DNA of 64,000 nucleotides from Candidatus Nomurabacteria bacterium (GTDB lineage: Bacteria > Patescibacteriota > Minisyncoccia > Phycocordibacterales > UBA918). Positions 55,368 through 64,000 of this stretch are shown one piece after another (position 1 is the stretch's first letter; every line of letters begins with the position of its first letter). The notes beneath the pieces were generated by a model. It worked only from the letters and a program-made list of their open reading frames with translations. It did not search any database and was not told where the DNA came from. Both the position numbers and the translations under genes were made by a program. The stretch is taken from the NCBI GenBank assembly GCA_023898525.1, contig CP060227.1, positions 710,440 through 774,439 on the forward strand, read 5' to 3'.

Positions 55368-57989
55368 ATGCCCACCCTCCACCACCTCCTCCAAACCACC
55401 CTCACCTTCCTCTTCACCCTCACCCTCTCTTTTGTCAGTGTATACATCCCTCAACCATACCACCAAGTCAACCACGCCGAAGCCGGAGTCGCCACCTTCA
55501 GTGGTCAGTTGATGGGTCTGGCCGAACAAGCCGTCAGTGCCGCCGCCAACGTGATGTCAGCGGCTATTGAGTCGGTCATCAGATTCAAGGAACTAGTCTG
55601 GGACCCCTTAGCCTGGAGTGTGGCCAAGGGCATGATCGCTGTCATGACTGCCAGTGTGGTCAGGTGGATCAACTCCGGTTTCCAAGGTTCCCCCGCCTTT
55701 GTCCAAGACCTGGAATACTACCTCTCCCGGGTTGGAGACCGAGTCTTTGGTGAATTCGTCAACGAACTCGGTATCGCCCCCTTTGTCTGCCGCCCCTTTA
55801 GACTTGACCTCCAAATCGCCCTCAACATCGGCTACCAAAGACACTACCGCGCCGGTTACCCAATTGGCGCCACCTACTGCAGCCTCGAAGGTGCTCTTGC
55901 CAACATCGACAACTTTGTTAACGGTAGCTTCAATGACGGTGGTTGGGACACTTGGTACACTGTCACCACCAGACCCAACACCTATACCCCCTATGGTAAC
56001 TTCCTCTCCGTCAGTGGTGAAGCGGCTCTCAGAATCAACAACCAACAAGTTAACGCCACCCGTTTCCTAAACTTCGGTGACGGTTTCATGTCCAAAGCCA
56101 TCTGTTCCCAAATCCCCATCATCACCGGCGGAGCGATTACCAGAGAACGTTGTGCTGTCTCTACTCCGGGACAAGTCATCAACCAAACTCTTAACCACCA
56201 CCTTGGGGCCGGTCTCGACAGCCTCATCGCCGCTGATGAGATCGGTGAGATCATTGGTGCTCTGGTGGGCCAACTGGCACAAAAGTCCCTGGAAGGCGCG
56301 GCCGGACTCCTTGGTCTCTCTGGTGGTACCGGCTACACCGACCCTAGCTACGGTACCTCCTACCTGGATGCTGCTATTACCGAACAAACAGCCAGTTCTG
56401 CCGAAGCGGCTATCATCACCAACGCCAGCTCCACCAACGCCTACAACCAAGCGGCCAACCAAGCCGAACAACAAGGACAACAAAGAGCTGATAATGCACA
56501 GGCGGGAGCGGATAGTACGACGAATACTGGTAATACCGAACAACTATTGCAACAACTGATAGACATACTGGGAAGCGGAACTGTGATCACCCCAACTGAC
56601 CCTAACACCACCACCCCACCAATTGGTCTTAGTGGTCCAATTGGACCGCAACCAATCACTGCTACTCCACTTTCCAGTGGTACCATCTTCGCTGCCCCTA
56701 ATGGTTCCGGTACCGCTTGCTCTGAGGCGATGCCGTGTGATATTTGGACTGCAGCGGCTAAGGCCAAGGCGGGAGATGTGGTATTCCTTAGAGGGGGAAC
56801 TTACAATATTACAAGGCGAATAACTATGGATAACCAAGGTACCGCCTCCAACCCGGTGATCTATGAGAGTTACCCAGGGGAGAAGGCGGTGTTTGATGGT
56901 AGTCAGCATGTAAAGGGGACTAATGTTTGGTTAAGAATCTCTGGCAAGTTTATCAAGTTGCGTAACTTAGAAGTTAAAAACATGCCAAGAGAAGGTGTGT
57001 TTATAAGTGGTACTGATAATATAGTCGAAGGTTTAAATGTTCATGGAAGTGGTCTGAGCGGTATACACATATTCAGTCCCTATGAAGCGTACCCTTATGG
57101 TCAATATGGCTCTAGAAACACAATTATTAACAATACTGTTTATGACAGTTCAGATGTAGGTCTTGCTTCTGGCGGTATTGGTAATGGAGGAAACGCAGAT
57201 GGCATAAAGATTTCAAGTGGAGGTGATAACAAAATAAAGAACAATCTAGTATACAAGAACTCCGATGATGGTATTGACGCTTGGCGATCGACCAATACTT
57301 ATATTGGTTACAATATTGTTCATTCAAGTGGTCTTGGAGATGGTGATGGTAACGGTATTAAGGCTGGAGGTAAGTCTCCTAGTTCAGGTACATATGTTGA
57401 ACGAAATATATCATACTCAAATAAGTCAAGTGGTATTGATCACAACACAGGTGTTAATTTAACTTTTATCAATAATACTACCTGGAATAATCCTGTTGGT
57501 TATAGAATAGGTTCTGATACAAAAGCTATTAATAACATCGCAGCAGAAACCAGTATATTTGGTGTCGGTACCCAAACCAACAACTCCTGGCAACACTCCG
57601 ATACTCTTCAGTTCATCAGTACCGACCCTAACTCACCTGACTTCTTAAGACCGACAGTTGGAGGAGGATTTGAGGATATTGGAGTGTATGGTACCGGTGG
57701 TGGTACTACTCAGACACCTACTCCACCAACCCCAACCCCTACTCCAATTGGTCTTGGTGGCCCAATCGGCCCACAACCAGTCACTGCTACCGCTCTAGCT
57801 AAAGGTACTATCTTTGCTGCCCCTAACGGCTCCGGTACCGCTTGCTCAGACGCTAATCCTTGCGACATCTGGACAGCAGTTGGCAAAGCGGGTGCAGGGG
57901 ATGTGGTGTTCTTGAGAGGGGGAACATACAGGTTAAATGGTATTTTAGACATATCAAAGCACGGTACCGCATCAAACCAAACCCGATAA
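55368..57989 (+). CDS. large surface protein B: same N-terminal module as gene A plus a divergent beta-helix cassette B1; terminated by a frameshift at the start of a second cassette
   Basis: The first 1382 nt are identical to 16119..17500. Cassette B1 'DIWTAAAKAKAGDVVFLRGGTYNITRR...NNSWQHSDTLQFISTDPNSPDFLRPTVGGGFEDIGVYG' is followed by linker 'TGGGTTQTPTPPTPTPTPIGLGGPIGPQP' and the start of cassette B2. The stop at 57987 results from an AAACC-AAACC tandem duplication. Confidence 0.7.
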   Translation: MPTLHHLLQTTLTFLFTLTLSFVSVYIPQPYHQVNHAEAGVATFSGQLMGLAEQAVSAAANVMSAAIESVIRFKELVWDPLAWSVAKGMIAVMTASVVRWINSGFQGSPAFVQDLEYYLSRVGDRVFGEFVNELGIAPFVCRPFRLDLQIALNIGYQRHYRAGYPIGATYCSLEGALANIDNFVNGSFNDGGWDTWYTVTTRPNTYTPYGNFLSVSGEAALRINNQQVNATRFLNFGDGFMSKAICSQIPIITGGAITRERCAVSTPGQVINQTLNHHLGAGLDSLIAADEIGEIIGALVGQLAQKSLEGAAGLLGLSGGTGYTDPSYGTSYLDAAITEQTASSAEAAIITNASSTNAYNQAANQAEQQGQQRADNAQAGADSTTNTGNTEQLLQQLIDILGSGTVITPTDPNTTTPPIGLSGPIGPQPITATPLSSGTIFAAPNGSGTACSEAMPCDIWTAAAKAKAGDVVFLRGGTYNITRRITMDNQGTASNPVIYESYPGEKAVFDGSQHVKGTNVWLRISGKFIKLRNLEVKNMPREGVFISGTDNIVEGLNVHGSGLSGIHIFSPYEAYPYGQYGSRNTIINNTVYDSSDVGLASGGIGNGGNADGIKISSGGDNKIKNNLVYKNSDDGIDAWRSTNTYIGYNIVHSSGLGDGDGNGIKAGGKSPSSGTYVERNISYSNKSSGIDHNTGVNLTFINNTTWNNPVGYRIGSDTKAINNIAAETSIFGVGTQTNNSWQHSDTLQFISTDPNSPDFLRPTVGGGFEDIGVYGTGGGTTQTPTPPTPTPTPIGLGGPIGPQPVTATALAKGTIFAAPNGSGTACSDANPCDIWTAVGKAGAGDVVFLRGGTYRLNGILDISKHGTASNQTR

Positions 57990-58861
57990 CATTTGAAAGC
58001 TACCCGGGGCAGAAAGCGGTGTTTGATGGCAGTAATCATCCTCGTGGTGCTAATATTAAAATTAGAATTAGCGGTAGCTTCATTCATTTTAGAAATATTG
58101 AAATCAGAAATATGCCAAAAGAAGGTATAATGATTGAAGGTTTTTCTGGAACCCAAACAGCTGGTAACGACAATTTAATTGAGGGAGTTACCGTGCATAA
58201 TAATGGATTGTCTGGAATACATGTATTTAGTCCTTACGATGAATATCCATATGGTGCCTTTGGCTCACGAAATGTTATACGAAATTGTACAGTCTATAGA
58301 AATTCTGATTATACTGGTGATCCTACTAGTGGCGGTAATGCAGATGGTATTAAGATATCTAGTGGTGATTCAAACCGTGTCGAAAACTGCATAAGCTATG
58401 AAAACTCTGACGACGGAATTGATGCGTGGCGATCTACTAATACTTACTTTGGTTATAATATTTCCTATGGAAACGGTATCAATAACCCAGGTCATGATGG
58501 TAATGGTATAAAGGCTGGCGGCATATCAGCGATTACTAATGGAACAATTGTCGAGAGAAACCTAATTTATAATAACCTAGGTTATGGTGGTATTATTCAT
58601 AACAATGGTAAGGATCTGACATTTATAAATAATACTGTATGGAATAATGCGAATTATAGTATTGCTCATTCAAAAGAGGTGGTTAGTCGCAACAATATAG
58701 CTGTTGGACAGTTAGGGCCTAGTAATCCAGCGGTAGCTACCAACAACTCCTGGCAACGCTCCGGCACCGTAGAGTTCATCAGTACCAACCCAAGCTCACC
58801 AGACTTCCTAAGACCAACCGTCGGGGGAGGGTTTGAGGATATTGGGGTGTATGCGCAGTAG
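57744..58861 (+). pseudogene. frameshifted, promoterless third beta-helix cassette (B2), a 'silent cassette' candidate
   Basis: The cassette begins with the conserved junction 'PIGLGGPIGPQPVTATALAKGTIFAAPNGSGTACSDANPCDIWTA' in the gene-B frame and continues after the frameshift in ORF 57860..58861 ('PITFESYPGQKAVFDG...NNSWQRSGTVEFISTNPSSPDFLRPTVGGGFEDIGVYAQ'). Confidence 0.55.
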
Positions 58862-58896
58862 ATACGGTAATTAATATAGAGTAAATAGTAGATAAG

Positions 58897-58925
58897 TAAA
58901 AAGAGCGCACCGCGCTCTTTTTACT
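58897..58925. terminator. bidirectional intrinsic terminator
   Basis: Hairpin AAAAAGAGCGC-acc-GCGCTCTTTTT between convergent beta-helix gene B and rplT. Confidence 0.65.
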
Positions 58926-58928
58926 TAT

Positions 58929-59273
58929 TTACTTAACGTTCTCTACAATTCTTGCAAAAGCTTCTGGTCGGTCTTTTGCGATAGTGGCTAGAACCTTACG
59001 GTCTAGTTCAACATTTTTGTCCTTAAGTTGCTTTATAAAACGGCTATATTTTAGACCAAGAGCCATCAAAGCGGCGTTGATACGAACTGTCCAAAGGCGA
59101 CGAAAATCATTCTTTCTATCCTTACGGTGGGCAAAAGCGTGTAGCTGTGCATGATAGATAGCTTCGCGGGCTACTCGCTTTTTCTTTGATCGTTGTAGAC
59201 GATAGCCTTTAACTTCATCAAGAATATTGCGTCGTCTTTTCTGGGCCATTAGGCCTCCTTTTACTCGTGCCAT
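58929..59273 (-). CDS. rplT: 50S ribosomal protein L20
   Basis: 'MARVKGGLMAQKRRRNILDEVKGYR...'. Confidence 0.9.
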   Translation of the reverse strand: MARVKGGLMAQKRRRNILDEVKGYRLQRSKKKRVAREAIYHAQLHAFAHRKDRKNDFRRLWTVRINAALMALGLKYSRFIKQLKDKNVELDRKVLATIAKDRPEAFARIVENVK

Positions 59274-59304
59274 ATTATCTGTTTATTACTACTAAAATTT
59301 GAGA

Positions 59305-59496
59305 TTACGCACCGGTCTTTGGTAGAAAACGGCGAGTAATACGCTTACTAAGGGTAAGAGTCTGGGCGCGTTTGCGGCGCAGGCGCTGCTGTCCGCTCTG
59401 GCGAGCGTTGAAGTGGTTTTGTCCGGGTTTACGAGCCACTAACTTACCATTTTTTGTCACTTTTATTCTTTTTGTGAATGATTTATTTGTCTTCAT
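59305..59496 (-). CDS. rpmI: 50S ribosomal protein L35
   Basis: 'MKTNKSFTKRIKVTKNGKLVARKPGQNHFNA'. Confidence 0.85.
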   Translation of the reverse strand: MKTNKSFTKRIKVTKNGKLVARKPGQNHFNARQSGQQRLRRKRAQTLTLSKRITRRFLPKTGA

Positions 59497-59572
59497 AATT
59501 TAATATCTTTGCTAGATTTGAAGTGACAGAACTATAGCGTATCTGAGCATCAATGTCAAAGCTTTTTCTAGC

Positions 59573-60325
59573 TTAAATCATCCCACCCTCAAGTAGGTCG
59601 TCCAGGCTCTTTTTCTTTGATTTTCCAACAATTTTTTCCTTGTTAGTAACTTCTTTTTTAGTATCAGCTTTTAGGACCGGTTTACTATTACCACCTTTTT
59701 GCCCAGCCATTCTTTCGAGTGTGATAGTGAAACCTTTAGGACTTTTTTTTATTTCGTCGGCTACTTTATATTCGGCTGGAATTATCTTTAAAAATCTGTC
59801 TAAACGCTCTTTGAGGAAGTTTTCTTCCATATATTTGTAGCGACCCCAGAGGAAGAGATCTATTTTTACTCTGTGTCCCTCTTCTAGCCACTCTGCCACC
59901 CGTTTAGCTTTTAGTTGTTGATCGTGTTCACCAGTACCAATTTTGACTTGAACACTCTTGGTCTCTGTGACATGGGACTTGGCCTTTACTTCACGAGCTT
60001 TTCGGCCGGTTTGATAGCGGTATTTACCAAAATCCATAATTTTAGCCACTGGAGGAGTCGCGTTTGGAGAAATTTCAATAAGGTCCAAATTGCGTGACTC
60101 GGCTTCTTTTAACGCTTCCGGCACACTCAAAACACCCAAGTTTTCACCTTCGGGTCCAACGACTCGCAATTCTTCAGCTCTAATAGCCTGATTGATACGA
60201 GTTCTATTTTTGTTGTAATTGGTGTAAGGTTTTGACAAGAAAATTTGGCTTAATGAATAATAATCTAGCTTTAACTGAGATGTGCCTTGTGAACTACTGA
60301 TTTTTGCAGTACCAACGTCAGGCAA
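59573..60325 (-). CDS. infC: translation initiation factor IF-3 (start codon uncertain; Lys-rich C-terminal extension)
   Basis: 'RINQAIRAEELRVVGPEGENLGVLSVPEALKEAESRNLDLIEISPNATPPVAKIMDFGKYRY'. The conserved core begins ~43 codons after the annotated Met; IF3 commonly uses a non-AUG start (candidate ATC at 60194-60196). Confidence 0.8.
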   Translation of the reverse strand: MPDVGTAKISSSQGTSQLKLDYYSLSQIFLSKPYTNYNKNRTRINQAIRAEELRVVGPEGENLGVLSVPEALKEAESRNLDLIEISPNATPPVAKIMDFGKYRYQTGRKAREVKAKSHVTETKSVQVKIGTGEHDQQLKAKRVAEWLEEGHRVKIDLFLWGRYKYMEENFLKERLDRFLKIIPAEYKVADEIKKSPKGFTITLERMAGQKGGNSKPVLKADTKKEVTNKEKIVGKSKKKSLDDLLEGGMI

Positions 60326-60454
60326 CTATTGGTTGACAAACTTTACCATAATTGTCACTTTAAGCAACTACTTTTTAACAACATCATAGATATCGACATG
60401 CTGATAACTAATTAGGTATATACATCGGCTAATGGTGATACAATAAAGTTTAAT

Positions 60455-61108
60455 ATGTCTAGACTAAAGTCTAATGATGCTGAGACTGCAAAGCGTGCCC
60501 CGAGAAGGCAGGTCTCTAAAAAAACTACACCAAAAATCAAAAAGAAAGCAGTTCCTGCGCCAGCTCCCGCTATACCGATACCTAGGGTGGTTGAAGTTGA
60601 TGGTGTTGATTCGACTTTTGAAAGAAAGGCTCCTACAACATTAGGAGTGTCAACCGGAAGTAAGTCTCGAGTTTCTAAAAGAGGAGTAATAATAGTTGCT
60701 GTGTTAATTGTTGTTCTCGGTGCAACTTTATGGATTGGTTTTTCGGATAAAGGCCAAATTGATGTTTCAGAAAAAATAGCTGAACGAAATGCTAAGATCG
60801 CTAGTGGTGATACAAGTTCAATAGAGGAGAGCCCTCGTGGTGGCAGTCAGGTTATTCCGGTTCAAAATACTACTCCGAGTGTTCCTAATGGCGGCTTGCG
60901 TGGGAGAGGAGTAGGTACAGCTAAGGTTAGTCAGCCACCGGTTGAGGATTCAATTGAATCTGCCAGCAGCACCGCTACTAGTACCGCAACTAGTACGGAT
61001 GTTTCTACTAATGAAGAGGGTAATAGTACTTCAACTGAATCGGGTGCTACAGCCGGAGAAACTGAGGTGGTGAACGAGACTGGTGCGGATCAGGTTACTA
61101 CTGAATAA
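60455..61108 (+). CDS. hypothetical membrane-anchored Ser/Thr-rich protein
   Basis: TM 'GVIIVAVLIVVLGATLWIGF'; C-terminal low-complexity 'SASSTATSTATSTDVSTNEEGNSTSTESGATAGETE'. Confidence 0.45.
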   Translation: MSRLKSNDAETAKRAPRRQVSKKTTPKIKKKAVPAPAPAIPIPRVVEVDGVDSTFERKAPTTLGVSTGSKSRVSKRGVIIVAVLIVVLGATLWIGFSDKGQIDVSEKIAERNAKIASGDTSSIEESPRGGSQVIPVQNTTPSVPNGGLRGRGVGTAKVSQPPVEDSIESASSTATSTATSTDVSTNEEGNSTSTESGATAGETEVVNETGADQVTTE

Positions 61109-61133
61109 CATTCCATTTTTGTCAGTGTAATTT

Positions 61134-61544
61134 TTACGAGCCCTTCTCAGATCTTTTAGCTAAACAGGCAGTGCACTGACAATTAGCTCGACCAATGATT
61201 TCATCCAAATACCACTTGCCGTAGTTGTAAGTAATTTCATCTCCAACTTTAATTTTTTTAGTAGCGTATATAAAGATGTGTTCCTCCTTGTCGTCTATTT
61301 CTGGTTTGCTGTTTGGTTTACAGGAATGGTTTATATAACGAGCCAAGTTTTCCCGGCCCTTAGCATCAATTGTCCATTCGTCATTAAGCTCGAATAGATA
61401 TTTACCGCCACGTCGGTTGGCTTCGTCTTCAGAAATTTTTTCACCGGTATACTCAATAATAAAATCACCTTTTTTAAAATCTCGATTAGCAAATAAACCA
61501 AGACCAGTGTTTGTTTTCTTTACATTTACGTCTATGTTTTCCAT
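61134..61544 (-). CDS. SET-domain protein (putative lysine methyltransferase)
   Basis: 'GLGLFANRDFKKGDFIIEYTGE', 'ARYINHSCKPNS' (NHSC motif), and post-SET Cys cluster 'CQCTAC'. Confidence 0.7.
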   Translation of the reverse strand: MENIDVNVKKTNTGLGLFANRDFKKGDFIIEYTGEKISEDEANRRGGKYLFELNDEWTIDAKGRENLARYINHSCKPNSKPEIDDKEEHIFIYATKKIKVGDEITYNYGKWYLDEIIGRANCQCTACLAKRSEKGS

Positions 61545-61578
61545 GATCTAAGTATTATAGTTCCTTGAGGTTTGTTTT

Positions 61579-63993
61579 TTGGATTGTTTTAAACAGGAAG
61601 AAAAAAATGCTGGCAATATTTTTGTTATCATTATCGGTATGAATCGGGTTCTTGAGAAGTACATTAGAGCAGCTGATTATTTATCAGCTGCCCAGATTTA
61701 TTTGCGTGATAATTTTCTACTTAAAGAGCCGCTCAAGCGAGAACATATAAAACCCCGCTTGCTTGGACACTGGGGTACTTGTCCAGGAATAAACTTCACC
61801 TACGCACATCTCAACCGGGCTATCATTGAGCATGATTTACAAATGATGTTTGTGCTTGGTCCGGGACATGGCTTTCCGGCTGTGCAAGCCAATCTTTTTT
61901 TGGAGGGTACATTATCTAAATATTATAGTGATATTACTAAGGACAGTAACGGCATTGCCGAAATAGTTGGTCGTTTTAGTTGGCCGTACGGTTTTCCGAG
62001 TCATAGTAATCCAGAAGCACCCGGGGTGATTCTTGAAGGTGGAGAACTCGGTTATTCATTGTCGACTTCTTATGGTGCTGTTTTAGATAACCCTGATTTA
62101 ATTGTTGCCTGTTTGGTTGGTGACGGCGAGGCAGAGACAGGACCGATCGCTACCGCTTGGCATTTAAATAAACTAATTGACCCAGCGACAAATGGTGCAG
62201 TTTTGCCTATATTACATCTCAATGGGTATAAGATTTCTGGCCCTACTTTCTTTGGTCGAATGAATAATGAGGAATTGGAAGCGCTCTTTAGAGGTTATGG
62301 TTATGAACCACACTTTGTTGACGCTTATACCGATGAAGATGTTCATGAGACTATGAAAGATACTCTTGATAGAGCCGTATCAGCCATTCGTTTTACTCAG
62401 CATTGTGCCCGAGAAGGTAGTCTGCACGACAATCCCCGTTGGCCGATGATTATCCTTCGGACTCCAAAAGGGTGGCATAGTATTGCTCAGATTCGTGATA
62501 AAAAAATTGAAGACAATCACTATTCACACCAGGTTATTGCTGATGGTGCTCTCCATAATGAGGAGGAGTTTGAATTACTTGAAAACTGGCTTCGTTCCTA
62601 TAACTTTAATGAGCTGTTTGATGGTGAAAAATTTGACTCAGATATTGAGTCCCTAATACCAAGATCTGATCGCAGGATGGGGGACAATAAGCATGCTTTT
62701 GGTGGTGATCCCTACTATCAGCCACTCAATCTTCCGCAACTGACAGATTATGCAGTAAGTGCTACCTGTAGTTTGGATGACCCGATTTGTGGAGAGGTTA
62801 GCAGTATGGAAAAAATTGGTGCCTACCTTAGAGATACGATGCGTAACAATGAAGCTAATCGTAATCTTAGATTATTTTCTCCCGACGAAACTTACTCCAA
62901 CAAGTTACAAGCGGTTTTTGAATATACTAACCGTACTTTTGTATGGCCGCACAAAGATTGGGACAGAAACCTGTCCCGAGACGGGCGTGTTATGGAAATG
63001 TTGTCAGAACACAGCCTCCAAGGTCTGTTGCAAGGCTATGTTTTAACAGGTAGGCATGGTGTGTTTGCTTCTTATGAGGCTTTTATACAAATTGTTTCCA
63101 GTATGGCTGATCAGTACGCAAAATTCCTAAAGATTGCGCGCGAGGTATCGTGGCGAGGGACGATTTCGTCTCTCAATTACATACTGACTTCAACTGGCTG
63201 GCGACAAGAACACAACGGCTTCTCTCATCAAAACCCTGGTTTTATTGATGGAGTTTTGCAGCGACAAGGCTGTTTTACCAATGTCTACTTTCCAGCTGAT
63301 GCCAACACGGCCTTAGCAACTTTTAGGCAAATGCTTCAGTCTACTAAGGAAATAAATGTTTTAGTTTGTGCTAAACGACCGTTACCAATCTGGAGAACGG
63401 TCGAAGAGGCGGAAAAAGATGTTAGGGAAGGTATATCAATCTGGGATTTTGCTAGCGATGATGATCCTCACGTTGTCTTGGCGGCGGCTGGTGATTATCC
63501 GACACAAGAGGTGTTGGCGGCGATCAGTATTGTTCGCCGAGAACTACCGGATCTTCGTATGCGCTTTGTAAGTATTACCTCGCTATCAGCACTGGGTATG
63601 GGTAACTCAGAGTGTCGTATCTTAGCTCATTCTTTTGAGGATTACTTTACGGAGGATAAACCAATCATAATCAACTTTCATGGTTACCCGCAAACAATGA
63701 AGCAGGTATTGTTTGATTATGGTTGTGACGCTGGTCGGGTACGAGTTCATGGTTATGAGGAGTCTGGTTCCACCACTACCGCTTTTGATATGATGGTTCG
63801 TAATCGGGTTGATCGCTTCCATTTAGCTATGGAAATATACGCGCAGGCAGCTCATCAGGAGGTGACTGATGAGGAGACAGCCAGGCGTTTGACAGACTCC
63901 CTTCATGATAAGTTGGCTGAACACCGTACATATATTATTGAACATGGTGATGATCCAATCGAAATAGCAAATTGGGTATGGCATTCACGTTAA
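61579..63993 (+). CDS. xfp: xylulose-5-phosphate/fructose-6-phosphate phosphoketolase
   Basis: 'YLSAAQIYLRDNFLLKEPLKREHIKPRLLGHWGTCPGINF' and the TPP-binding region 'GPGHGFPAVQANLFLEGT'; 804 aa. Start at either 61579 or the internal ATG at 61639. Confidence 0.9.
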   Translation: MDCFKQEEKNAGNIFVIIIGMNRVLEKYIRAADYLSAAQIYLRDNFLLKEPLKREHIKPRLLGHWGTCPGINFTYAHLNRAIIEHDLQMMFVLGPGHGFPAVQANLFLEGTLSKYYSDITKDSNGIAEIVGRFSWPYGFPSHSNPEAPGVILEGGELGYSLSTSYGAVLDNPDLIVACLVGDGEAETGPIATAWHLNKLIDPATNGAVLPILHLNGYKISGPTFFGRMNNEELEALFRGYGYEPHFVDAYTDEDVHETMKDTLDRAVSAIRFTQHCAREGSLHDNPRWPMIILRTPKGWHSIAQIRDKKIEDNHYSHQVIADGALHNEEEFELLENWLRSYNFNELFDGEKFDSDIESLIPRSDRRMGDNKHAFGGDPYYQPLNLPQLTDYAVSATCSLDDPICGEVSSMEKIGAYLRDTMRNNEANRNLRLFSPDETYSNKLQAVFEYTNRTFVWPHKDWDRNLSRDGRVMEMLSEHSLQGLLQGYVLTGRHGVFASYEAFIQIVSSMADQYAKFLKIAREVSWRGTISSLNYILTSTGWRQEHNGFSHQNPGFIDGVLQRQGCFTNVYFPADANTALATFRQMLQSTKEINVLVCAKRPLPIWRTVEEAEKDVREGISIWDFASDDDPHVVLAAAGDYPTQEVLAAISIVRRELPDLRMRFVSITSLSALGMGNSECRILAHSFEDYFTEDKPIIINFHGYPQTMKQVLFDYGCDAGRVRVHGYEESGSTTTAFDMMVRNRVDRFHLAMEIYAQAAHQEVTDEETARRLTDSLHDKLAEHRTYIIEHGDDPIEIANWVWHSR

Positions 63994-64000
63994 TTGTAAA

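Noticed and set aside
57860-57989. N-terminal 43 aa of ORF 57860..58861 ('MRHLDSSWQSGCRGCGVLERGNIQVKWYFRHIKARYRIK')
   Set aside because: This is an out-of-frame reading of the B2 cassette upstream of the frameshift. Only the portion after about 57984 is the real cassette frame.

Overview
This 64-kb window comes from a low-GC (roughly 40-45%) bacterial genome with Candidate Phyla Radiation/Patescibacteria-like traits: compact genes, no L30 gene between rpsE and rplO, Lys/Ala-rich tails on ribosomal proteins, and many small hypothetical membrane proteins.

Core content:
- dapD, a NUDIX hydrolase, a Xer recombinase, rpsO, an NYN-domain protein, pnp, a YifB/ComM ATPase, pcrA and rsmA.
- The ribosomal supercluster: fusA, tuf, rpsJ, rplC, rplD, rplW, rplB, then rpsS, rplV, rpsC, rplP, rpmC, rpsQ, rplN, rplX, rplE, then rpsN(Z), rpsH, rplF, rplR, rpsE, rplO, secY.
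- cmk-like/gmk, adk, map, ndk, a beta-CASP RNase, infC-rpmI-rplT (minus strand), a SET-domain protein and phosphoketolase.

The supercluster is broken by two accessory islands:
- Island 1 (26.4-34.1 kb, between rplB and rpsS) carries DinJ-YafQ and Phd-ParE toxin-antitoxin pairs with palindromic operators, a secreted thermonuclease, a GNAT acetyltransferase, an acidic peptidoglycan-binding secreted protein and interrupted genes.
- Island 2 (37.7-43.2 kb, between rplE and rpsN) carries a ROK kinase and membrane or secreted hypothetical proteins.

The most unusual feature is a pair of large surface-protein genes (16119..18470 and 55368..58861). They share a nucleotide-identical, GC-rich 1382-nt N-terminal module and carry divergent right-handed beta-helix C-terminal cassettes. 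Each cassette is bounded by conserved 5' and 3' junctions. An extra promoterless cassette is frameshifted by a 5-bp tandem duplication. This looks like a cassette-exchange or diversification system.

Other points of note: several genes interrupted by in-frame TAA stops or by frameshifts at homopolymer runs, a candidate riboswitch or sRNA upstream of a small membrane protein, small Cys-rich peptide genes, and repeated terminator hairpin elements.
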